Assembly (NCBI RefSeq): GCF_037042905.1
Contig: NC_087245.1
Coordinates: forward strand, 13,580,001 to 13,644,000
Origin: Lytechinus pictus
Lineage: Eukaryota
Length of the DNA: 64,000 bases
Direction: 5' to 3'
Position 1 is the first letter of the stretch; each line of letters starts with the position of its first letter. The notes under the pieces are model-generated. The model saw only the letters and a program-made list of their open reading frames with translations, did not search any database and was not told the DNA's origin. This document shows, one piece after another, positions 27,401 through 38,517 of this stretch. The position numbers and the translations under genes were made by a program.

Positions 27401-30400
27401 ATAATCAGAAAATAAGGCCCACTGTGTTAGTATAAAAAATACGGCCCAATAAGTTGGTGTCATTCTCCACCGCTAAATTTTCATGAATGTTTAATACAGC
27501 TATATGGTATTTTCTTTTAAATGCTGAAGAAAATATTAAATGCTGATCGCCTAGCAAGAAGGCAGGATTTTTCTTTTTTTTAGTCTTTGGTATGACTCGG
27601 CCAGTAAATTGCCAATTCGTCTACTGCCAACTTGTCCACTCACCGAATTGTCTAGTTTCATTTAGTCAAATGCCACTCCGTCCATCAACATCACGACCAT
27701 TTGGATCAATAACCATTTGGGCCAATCATCATTTCGTCTCATAACCAGTTGGTCTATTTTTATTCATTTTGCACAATTAACACTAAGTAAAATTAGACCA
27801 AATGGTACATAGACTTAATGGCTATTGGACCAACTGGTTATTAAACGAAATGGTGAGTGGTCGAATTTGCAATTAGACCATGTGGATAGTGGACAGACTG
27901 ATGGTAGACCAAATGATAGTAGACGATCTGACAATTGGACGAATTGGCATTAGACGAATTTAAAATAAACCACTCGGTCGGAGATCGAACCGAACGTTCA
28001 TGAGGCGGGAGCTCTACCACTAAGAGAAAAGTTTACAGCTTTACAGACGCAAAGATTCGTCCATTATGTATCTTATGCATAAAATCCCGGGTCATATATC
28101 CGCGTCTGTTGGTGCCATACCCCTATCCGCGTAAAAATGAACTGAAATAAGGAATGACCTTATTTATTCTTACATACATATAAAAAAAAATGCGGTACAG
28201 CAAAGGTATGTAACTCCAAAAGATTATACTTACTCCAAACAAACTCGCCATCCGCGACTTTTTGTGGGGTCAGTGCAGCCCAGATATTATCCATGTACAT
28301 GGCATAGCGAACTGAAGAAGCAGGTAGACCTGATGCAAACATGTATTCTTCTACTTCCGCTTTTCCTTCTAAGTGAGGACATGGCTTCCCAATGGCCTTC
28401 TTGACTGACTGTAGGCCACTAAAGACAAAATGCTTCACGCCTACTTTCCTGGCAACGTCGACCATGTTTTTACCCTGGACGACGAGTTAACAAAACATGT
28501 TTGAATTACTTGAATGTCATTAAAAAAATAAGATTCTAGTATATTTTTTACCTAAATGAATATCGTTGAATAACTAATTTAGAAAACAACACCCATAAAA
28601 TTCTAGTCGATCCTTCCACCGGTCGTGGAACAAGATTAAATTTATTGGAACTTATTTCACATAATTTAATGCAATTAGCATTGTTTGAAATCTAAAGAAT
28701 GTAAGGGAAAGTATAGTCCAATCAGGACTTATTCTGGTTATGATTTTGTGTTAATTGCCCATATTGGCAAAAAGAATTAAAAGCGAACTTCATTTGGCAA
28801 AGGAATGTCCGTACGTCAAGATAAAAGCAAATCATATGAATAGTGAGAGAACATTCATATACTCTTCGCAAATAGTGTGCTTAGAGAGTCCGATGTTCTT
28901 CCCTTATTTGTAACCTTCAAGAATACTTGGAATAAATCTAAATCATAAAGAGAGCGCCCATAGTCATAAGAAAAGTCCATCAAGTCCTATGAAGCCCATC
29001 TGCAAGTAACTTCCAAGCATTACAAGTTTGATTTACAGCAATATAAACACTGAGTCTCTCATTCAATATTGATGCTCTTATAATTCATCTTACCATCTCA
29101 GTTTCTTTTGCTTGGTCCATCAATTCCCAGTAATTTGTCACAGCAAAGACACCGTAGCTCCCCTCCATGGCTTTCTCTAAAGAAGCGGCATCATCCATTG
29201 AGGCTTTCACCATTTCGACACCTTTAGAAATTCGAAAATGATAAAAGAAATAAATACACACATTTCCATACGACATAACCTTACATACCCACAAACTTTT
29301 ATTAGGAAAACAAGAATTCTTTTTATTTCATCGATTATAGAAAAACAGGCGGAAGGGCCTAGTGCCTTGTAAAATAAATGAATACATGAATGAGGCGTAA
29401 TCTTTGTCACAAAATCTGACATTAGTATTGTTATCATGCCCCTCTTCTGCGTCTTTCCCAATATTTGGCCCAAAACGCCTACAATGACTTAAACTGTATG
29501 CAATCATAAAAGATAGGGGTAATGCATTTCAGGTGAGCACGCGTGATCCAAGTGTGGAAGGTTCGAGCCCTGGTCACGTCTTTCGGATGGTGACGTTGAA
29601 GGTCTTTCCCAAATTTAAATAATCATATCTGATTGTCTGAATTACACAAATTTATCACGAGAAATTCTCGCATCTTTTAAAACCTATCCTTCCCCATAAT
29701 AGGTTTTTAACCTAGCTTGGCGAAAAAATAATTTGACAGTAAAGTATTCAATGATAAAATTTAAGCTTTTGGTAAGATTATGCGAATTCAGGTTTTAAAT
29801 AAATACTATTACCCCCCCCCCGAATGTCCCCCATGATCGAATTCCTGTTTTTAATACATGTAAATAGAGTATTAATAAATTAGGGCCTCAGTGGGAGAAT
29901 TGAAATAAGAAAGTTTATATCTTAAAAGGTGAAAATAAAAAATAATGATTTAAGGCGAAAACGATGATACTTGAAAGTTTTATGACTTTGATTTTTGGTT
30001 CAATATGACGATCGAGTTCTCCCCTCCCCCTCAAGGAATAGAAAGCGTGGGCGGATCGACATCCATGGATTTGAATATGAATAGGAAACCATGACAACCA
30101 AAGTCAACAATTTCTCTGAACACTCGACCTCCATGATGAAACCTCTATATTTGCGCGGTGACATTTCCCGCCGTAATCATCACCTTTTCATGATATGAAT
30201 CTTTGGAATGTCACATAAGCCCCCATACGTGATTGCGTGAAAATCATTAAGTAAAACTTCATCTTACCTTGTTGAGCAAGAGTTTTTGCCTTTTCGCTCT
30301 CCACATTTCTAGTGATTCCTCGAACTTTATAGCTGCCGTCCTGAAGAAGTGCCCTAACCAGAGAACCTCCTTGTATTCCCGTGGCCCCAAATACAGTGAT

Positions 30401-30412
30401 CAATTTCGCCAT
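24411..30412 (-). CDS. NMRAL1: NmrA-like family protein, paralog C; 6 exons (30412-30268, 29221-29094, 28474-28234, 25818-25723, 25240-25137, 24599-24411), 300 aa
   Basis: MAKLITVFGATGIQGGSLVRALLQDG...HLEGKAEVEEY...FPAADDLGVMFEFF. Same intron positions as B, canonical splice sites, spliced CDS 903 nt in frame. The stop codon overlaps AATAAA. Confidence 0.93.
24757..24798 (-). mobile_element. 3' fragment of the same SINE family
   Basis: TTATTTAATCTGGGACCGACCTTAAACGTCATC (+ strand) matches 38945-38979; GT-rich tail sequence lies adjacent. Confidence 0.55.
25972..26131. mobile_element. Small Harbinger-like MITE
   Basis: Imperfect TIR AGGAGCGTTTCAT / ATAAAACGCTCACCT; internal palindrome CAGTTATCATGGTAACTG. 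Confidence 0.5.
26334..27382. mobile_element. Non-autonomous hAT-like element with a 9-bp TSD
   Basis: TIR CAGTGGCGTA / TACGTCACTG; GTCTCATAT at 26325-26333 and 27383-27391. Confidence 0.85.
27603..27971. mobile_element. Palindromic MITE built of short tandem units, inserted in a decayed tRNA-SINE
   Basis: TGCCAATTCGTCTA / TAGACGAATTGGCA arms; ACTCGG(C/T)C on both flanks; GATCGAACC and CTCTACCACT SINE-head remnants to the right. Confidence 0.65.
29532..29650 (+). mobile_element. Degraded copy of the 7SL-headed SINE in intron 1 of paralog C
   Basis: Shares ATCCAAG, AGGTTCGAGCCCTGGTCACGTCTTTCGGATGGTGACGTT and TAAATAATCATATCTGATTG with the 38899-39070 copy. Confidence 0.75.
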
Positions 30413-32479
30413 TTTGACAAGAAACACAGAGCTGTGGAAAATCACACTGAACAAGTCACAGTGAATCAACCACCCATAAGATACCAGCCTATAACTTCAC
30501 AGGGATCTCTATGGTATTCATTTGCACTGGACTGTGCCAGTGATTATCTGGTGCATTGTATTTTCAGGTCACATGAGAGAATTAGGTGACAGCGCTGACC
30601 ATGCATGACGAACCATCTAAAGAAAGTAAGAGCTATCATTCACTCCACATATCATGTAGGCCTTCAAAAGAAGAAATTATAGATGTCAGATTATTATATA
30701 TATATATATTTATTTATATATATATATGGGGTGTGACTGTGTATGTGTGAGAATGAGGGTGGATGTGTGCGTGTGTAAATGTATAATTTCCCCCCGGGGA
30801 ATTTCTTACATTTGTGATAAGGTGGGGAGATAAAAGTCACTAATCGCATATTCATGGCATGCTAATTCATAACTCGCCGGATCGAAATAATCGAAATGTT
30901 GAAATTCCGTAACGTTTGATTTGATGAAGTCTTCAGTGTTTTGGTAATTTATTGTGAATAATCTCATCATATCATATCAGCATCGAGTTTCCCCTTACAC
31001 ACAACTACAGGACAACGGCAATACGCAATGAATGTATTGAGAAGCTTAATTGGCATTGGCAATCAAGAAATTCAAATGGCGAGCAGAGCAATAAAAAAGA
31101 TGGTTAACTTTAAGCTCATTCGTCGAAAGCCCGTCTGAAAATCTTCCAAAAAGCATTCTATTTCAGCGACGTCTGATAATTTACATGCCCAATTTTTCAA
31201 TTAAAAAAAACTATTGAATTTCGTTCATGATGGGGGGCTACTTCCCCCTATCACCCCAGTCAGTACACTAGTGCGGGAAGGAAAGGAATGTAAGGGAAAA
31301 GGTTGCGGGGCCGCCGTGACTGGTAATCGGTTAAGCAATCAGTCTATGGGGTCTTCTAATCATTATGCAAATTTTCTTTACATCCGTCGATGCACTTTGG
31401 AGAATGAAATTCGATTTAAATTGTTGATTGTGCGATGTTTGTATTAAAGAGATATATGATCATTGATCCATATACCTAGGTAATAAGGAAAGTCTACCAT
31501 TCGTTTAAAACCGACCACACTACCACTGACTTTAAGGTCATGTTCATCCTAAACTCAACTTAAGTTTTATCAAATTGGATATAAAAAAATGTAAGGAAAA
31601 CAGTTATTTCATATGAAAATTTTCATTAAATTCAAATAACACGAGTGAAAATTAAAAGAGGGAGCTCTTTTAAATAGGTTTAAGCAAAGCCATAACTTAT
31701 GCTCACCAAAAAATCAACCATGATTTACAAAATGATAAAGGAAGTATTATATGAAAATATAAAACATGTATTGAGAAAGCTGCACCTTTTATTCGTCTTT
31801 TACTAGCCTACTATGTTGACATAATTATTGCACATACTTTTGTTTAGTGAAAATAATTGAAACTGTAAAATATAGGGCCCTAAGTATATCCAAATTGACT
31901 CAATTTACAGCGTCACATTCATTTAACATCTCTTAATTCTCTCAAATCAACTTGTCGCTTGGGTGTAGAACTTGGCTTTAAATTTCTGTTTGCGTGTTTT
32001 CATTTCGTTCCAATAATAGACGGATAGACAATCATTGACCCAACTCCGTAGTTAAACTACACTAAACAATTGTTGAATTATGAAGTTAAAAAGTTACTGT
32101 CATGAATACCATTCGTTTATGGATCTGATGAGCTTCAAGGTAAAAGTAAATTGCAGAGTAATAATGGCATATGTCCTCTGTCACAACAAGTACATGTAAA
32201 TGCAAAACTGCACAAAATGTACACTTTTCAGTCAGTGACGAATCGAGGGAGTTTAGGGACTGTCACTATGGAGAAAAAATAAGGAGAATAAAAATGAAAA
32301 AAGACATTCTATCGGTGATATTATTTGAGATACTGTAAAATATAGTTGATATCTTTTAATGATTATTTATCATCTATAGGAAATTACCTAGCCATAAATA
32401 TCACCCCTCCCCTTCAACAAAACATTTTCATGAATATCTAGGAACACCTAATTCTAGTGCAATATTTTTCACTGCCGTG

Positions 32480-34915
32480 TTACTGATATTGTATCTAATT
32501 TGAATGTTTGAAAGTCCTGATTATGGTGATGTCAGTAACTTCATTTTAAAAGGTATAATTTCTGAAATTGTCGACCCCTTGACAGATATCTTTAGCCTTT
32601 CACCAACATCTGGGCAGGTTCCTGATAACATGAAATTTGCCAAGGTCATTCAGTTGTTCAAAAGGGTAACAAGTTAAATAAAAGTAAGTATAAGTTATTA
32701 TTTATCTATTATCATCCTTGTCTAAAATTTTAGAAAAAATGGTTAATAACAAAATAATGGATTTCTTAAAATCTCACCATATTTTTTTTCTTTCAAACGT
32801 TTAGTTTGGATTCAGAGAAAAACATAACACAGAAAATGCATGACTGAATTTTGTTGATGAAGTGGCCCACGCTTTTGACAAATATTATTGGTCACAAGTG
32901 TCGGCATTTTCTTCACTTCTACAAGGCCTTCGACATCATTAACCGTGATAATGTATATTATATAAACTTTCTAACTGTGGGGTGCGCAGGAAGGTCTTGG
33001 AGTGGTTCAGAACTACTTGTTCAATAGACGTCGATTTGTATCTTTGAATGGCCTTGCATCCAACATGCAAAATATATTAATTGTGGAGTCCCGCAAGACA
33101 GTTTGTTAGGCCCAGTGATGTTCATCATCTATATTAATGAATGTTGTTAATCATCTAATGTCATTTCGTTCATACTCTTTGCAGACGATTCTAAAATTCC
33201 AATATACAGTGCGTATCAAAAAAAAGTTTACACTTTGAAAAAGCCCTGCATGGGAATTTAAAATTATACAACATGTGGGTAATTTTTTCACATATAATCT
33301 TGGTTTTGGGTCTCATCTATCCAATAAAAATTAAAGTTTTGACAGAATGTTACACTTGAGTGAGCACTGTCCATTTTTGTAAAGCTCGCAGAAATCTGTT
33401 TGCGCAGAAATGCTCATTTTCACGCTGTGTCAAAGGGAAAGGGCAAAATCAAACTTACCCCGCGGAACATTTCTCATACATTTCCCTGCGGCACTTTTAG
33501 TCAATTGAAATAAAATGGATATACATTCAAGTATTTTGTAACAATTTTGCCACCCAAATTGAAATTTCAACACTTAATAGACGCAACCTTTACCCTTTTT
33601 GTGCCAGCTGGATCTGAAGACATAACTGAATCTGAAAAAAAGTTTATGTCAGACACATCCAGCATTTTTTCACTAAGTTTTTATCATTTAAAGTGGGTTT
33701 ACATTTCATTTTTCATTTAATACTTGTTTCTCCACACTTTTCCCGAGCTTGACAATGAATGACAAAATGAAAATCAAGCCTAAGCCATTTCATGTAAATC
33801 ACAGCTCAATGTAAAGCAAATATCGTCACGATGGCCTCGGTGTGTGGGGCGCAATGCACTCTTCGAAGTGTTTTGGGCAAGGAAACAAGTTAAAAGGGGT
33901 ATAAGATATCTTCAAATCAATTTTACTAGATAATTCCACATGTTCTTCATGATTAAGGTCTGCTTTTATTCGCATAACTATTTCAAAGTTCTGCGCAAAT
34001 CATTTTTCACCTACTTTTCAAAAGTAAGTGGTGCTCACTCAAGCGGAAATATTTTTCGACAGTTATATCGTCATATGCTTAAATGGATCTGTACCAATGA
34101 TAAAATGTGGAAAAATCTTCAGGATATTACAAATGTATAATTTTACAGGATTTTTCCTAAGTGTAATTTTTTTTTATACGCACTGTATTTTGTTACTATA
34201 AATCCAATACCTGATGCTGTTGATAGAGAACACAGTGGATAAGATCCAACAATTTGAAAATATGTTACTAAGCGATTCCATTCATTTACTTCCCATAGAT
34301 GATATTAGTTTACAAAAAAAAGTCACATTCATTAAATTTCTCGGTGTTACAGGTTGTAACAAGCTTTACTGGAAATGCCATACTGATAGTACATGTAAGG
34401 TTATTTCGCGAAATATTGGGATTATCAATAGGCCTAAATTGAAATACTATTTTTCATCGTCATCACTATTATTGCTCAATTCCTCGTTCATCTTATTCCT
34501 TACCTGAATTACGGGATACTTGCTTGTCGCAGTACCCGTCAAACCTTTTTAGATATAGACTGTCAATGAAGTCCCTTCCTATAATTCACAATTCAGCTTT
34601 TCGTTCATACACAGACCCAGTATTTTTTTATAGCAAAATGCTTAAGATAAGTGACCTATGCTTATTTCATTTTGGACAATTGACAAATATACAATTTCAC
34701 GTGTATTCGATTTAATGATTCTTCTTCATCGGTCATTTCATAATTACCCTATTGGACAATCTAACGAATTTCATTTACCCCGTTTTAGAACTTTATTAGC
34801 TAAAAGAAGATTAATGTTCGATGGTCCTAGATTTTTGAGTCGCGGCAATAACATAAAAACAGCCCTTCTCTACATTATTTTTAAAAGGAAACATAAAACT
34901 GTTTTTATTTAAAAT
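32480..34915 (+). pseudogene. Decayed CR1/L2-group LINE reverse transcriptase, split by a Tc1/mariner MITE
   Basis: Remnant motifs GQVPDNMKFAKV, FGFREKHNTENA, KAFDIIN, CGVPQDSLLGP, ILFADDS and KFLGV, with many stops and frameshifts. Confidence 0.85.
33207..34185. mobile_element. Tc1/mariner-type non-autonomous element
   Basis: TA|CAGTGCGTATCAAAAAAAAGTTTACACTT ... AAGTGTAATTTTTTTTTATACGCACTG|TA. Confidence 0.88.
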
Positions 34916-35244
34916 CTATAAAGAGTTCTTTAAAACTAATATTTCCCATTATTTTCCCTTCTCAGACCACAACCTATTTCTGTTTTTTTGTCTTTATCGT
35001 TTAGTTTACTCTTTAGCTCTTTCGGTCACAACTCGTCCTATTATTATTTATTTATGTTTATTTCTCCATTTTCGTCGTTCCAGTTTTTCCAATTTTTTTT
35101 GGGGTTTTGTTTTAATTCTTGTTCAACATTGTCTTTGTTTATTTTGTTCTTGTTCTGTGTTATCAGTAAGTCTCCGGAGGCAAATAGCAGCTATTGCGTC
35201 TCTCTCCCTCTCTCTCCCTTTCTTTCTGTATGGTTATAACTATT

Positions 35245-35375
35245 TGATTTCAATTTTGTGGCAAAAAGAAGCTGCTGAAAACTGCTTATCTAATAAAAGA
35301 GAGCCAATGGAGTAAATTAGAAAGTCAAAAGGGGCCTAAGCTTTCAATCCTAGCAGAATCTTCGTCGGAGGCAAA
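35245..35375 (-). mobile_element. Possible Penelope-type terminal repeat remnant with a minimal hammerhead-like motif
   Basis: - strand GCCT-CCGACGA-AGATTCTGCTAGGATT-GAAA-GCTT-AGGC. Confidence 0.45.
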
Positions 35376-35894
35376 ATTTATATTTGTATTATATAAACTG
35401 TTTACGAAAACATACCATATTATGTAATTTTTTGTATATGTTAATTATCATGTATGTCATTGAATTTTTATGAATGTATATGTGACAATAATTTATATTA
35501 TAAAATGTTTGTTACAAATGTATGAAAATAATTTTTGTTATACTTAATGTTCTGTTGGGAATAACAAATCTGATTTGAATTTGAAATCAAAGAAAATAAT
35601 TTCACTCTACTTTTCTCTGCACCTTCAATTTTGTTGCCCTACTCGTGATTTGAATAACTTTCATGTTTTCATCATGCCCTATAATCATGTTATTTATAAT
35701 CGAAAGAATGTCGTGTTCTTTATGGTTGACGTTGATATGAAATTTATAATCAATTGTCATGATTGAGGACTGTCAAAATAACAATCCGGTTTGTTTCTGA
35801 TTGTATACATACCCCATCTACCGACCAACCTTGAACAGTCTAGTAACGATCTGACACACCCGTCCGAATTTTTTTTTATCTTTTTCTCTTTGCT

Positions 35895-35900
<6 letters not shown>

Positions 35901-35934
<34 letters not shown>
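35901..35934. repeat. (TC)n microsatellite
   Basis: Seen directly in the sequence. Confidence 0.9.
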
Positions 35935-35938
<4 letters not shown>

Positions 35939-36530
35939 CCCCCATCCTCGAGCTACCTATCCCTTGAGCTTTTCGTGTTTTTTTCATTCAAATGATCTTC
36001 GCGTCATAGAGTGAAAAATTGAGAGAAGGGTTAGAGGTGGAAGAGGAGGGGGGCAAGAACAGCAGTTGCACCCCAGCAATACTTTCAGGATCATGAAAAT
36101 TAAGCATAAGGGGAATACGAAAAAAAAGGAAAGGAGGAAAGGAATTACGAATAAAACAACTGCATTCAGTGTAGTCTCTCTTACTAAGATTTGAGTTTCT
36201 AGGTTCTCTTCCCTATTGGTATGAAATATGCTCTGGCATAGCTACTTAGCAGGCACAGGGGCCACTCTGTTTTCTGTTTATGGGAAAGAAAAAAAAAGAA
36301 GAAGAAATAAATATTATCGAGTCCACTTCACGTGCTGACCAGATAAAGTTAAAACATACATAACATCATGAACATTAAAAAAAGTAATTTTCTCGCTACT
36401 CGGTTCGTTTTCGTTCGCTACGCTTCCTTGCATTCCAGCAAGTGCCCCTTTACTACAATATACTATCATGAGTGTGTTGAAGGTTCAAAATGCCATATTG
36501 GCAAAATATACATACGTTGCTCGTTCTGTA

Positions 36531-36682
36531 CAGGGGCCGCGGAACCGGGGGGGGGGGGGGGCTTCAGCCCCCCACTTTTTTCCAAAACCGTGTACAAAAA
36601 CGTAAAAATGACCATATGATTGTGATTTTTAGCTTGGTCAGCCCCCCCCCCCCCCACTTTGAAAACCGTTCTGCGGCCCCTG
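36531..36682. mobile_element. hAT-like MITE with a 5-bp TSD
   Basis: TIR CAGGGGCCGCGGAAC / GTTCTGCGGCCCCTG; CTGTA on both flanks. Confidence 0.82.
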
Positions 36683-38231
36683 CTGTACGCTCCTTCGCAC
36701 CCCTTCTATATTGTCATTGTATACAATTTTGGGGTCAAAATAATAATAATAAAATGAACATTTGTAATGCGCCGGTATCCATCATAAAAAGATGCTAACG
36801 AATATTCAAATTGCACTTTGTCAAGGAATTCACTGACAGAGGAATTCCTTGACAAATTGATAGGCCCAAAATATCACAAAATTTGATTTAAACGGTTTTG
36901 TTATCTCTATTTTTTTGTTTTACCGTAACAGGCGCAGAAAATTATCGGGTTCACTTTTTCTTCGGAAATTAGGTAGCGAGCAACAACCAAAATCACATCA
37001 CTTATTTGCTATTATATATGGCCGCATCCCAATAGGAAAAGTGACAACTTTGTAAACTCTGATTTTGTTCAAAATTCCACTGTTCTGTTTGTAATCCGAG
37101 TAGGCCTGTTCTCTGAATATTTCAACCAACTTTCCTCTTGGATCGGATTCTTCTTTAAACTGAATAGAATGCGTAACACTTTGGAAAAAGGGGTAATAAG
37201 TTGCAATAGCCAGCGAACAGTAGCATTAGTAAATAAAATAAGCATTTTGTAAAAAGAAGTTGGTTGACGCGTCATTATGCAACCTCTTTCATAAGAACTG
37301 AATGATGAAAAAAAATGTCAATATAAGTTTTGGTAATAAAATAAATCTTCAGATAAAACGTTTATAATTCAGTTTCTCTATGGGTTTCCATTGCTTTTCT
37401 CTTATGTATTTTTATCTTAAACAATTTATTACGTGCAAGAAGTAAGGATACATATTAGCTCTTTCATTAAACCCGATACAAGTAACCGCTTACCAGAAAA
37501 TAAAAGGGATTTACACTTTCTATTACCGGGTGAGAGTTAGTTAAAAGGCGATAAATCGCTAAATCTTAACCAGCTAGGGGATCAATCATTACCCCTGAAT
37601 TGAGTCTTTTTACTACCAACAAACCACTCTTTTGTACCTCTCGCCACCTTTTGTTATGTTAATCAAAGCACCATGTACTCACCCGCGGTACTGTTCCATC
37701 GCATGCTAGATCAAGCATCCACGCCTCGATAAGTAACAACAAAAATGGGTGTTTCAACTGCTTTTGGAGAAGTGCGTGACCTGAGATCTGTATACCTCCT
37801 GTGTGTAAACGGGTGTGCTAGATTGATATAGGCTGTTCCATCTGATCTGACATAGATGTGGGCGTTGTGAGTTTAGAGTCCATCAATATCACGGACACTC
37901 CACCCATATTTCATCGAGCAACAAGGGCTTTGTTTTGAGAACCGACAACATAGTCGGTCGCCAGTTTCTCTTATCTACGGTAGATGAATATAACAGAACC
38001 TTCAGGAGTTGTCAGATATAGGATCATTTTCATGCAACATCGGGCACTTCCGATCTAACCATACATGCAACAACTTACAGAGCAGAACTTGGATTAGGCT
38101 CCCATTGTGGATATACTATTTCAACATTTTCTCAGCATTGACTTACTAACGAAAGGACTTATCCATGAGAGTTTGACAAAGTTCTATTAACATTTCCTCA
38201 GTGGACGAATCATCCGGGACTATTCGACGCC

Positions 38232-38477
38232 ATGGCGGTCGTTAGCTGGACTGCTACTTGCCGATTATTTGCCGTGCTTATGTTAACACTATGTTTGGTA
38301 AGTCATGATGTCATCGTGATTACTGTATATTGTTTATTAGCTAACATTATCATCATCGTCAGTGAAATTCCCCAAATCAGACATCACTGACAAGTTACAG
38401 CGATTGGAATACAAATAATAGTCATTTTTATTATTATGCTTCTACCACTACGACTACTACTACTACTACTACTACTA

Positions 38478-38517
<40 letters not shown>

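Noticed and set aside
19234..28474. Exon 3 of B and C offset by exactly 9000 bp
   Set aside because: The other exon offsets differ (8723, 8775, 8948 and so on), so this is coincidence.
32125..32150. CTGATGAG as a hammerhead core (also near 39799)
   Set aside because: No stem II plus GAAA arrangement follows.
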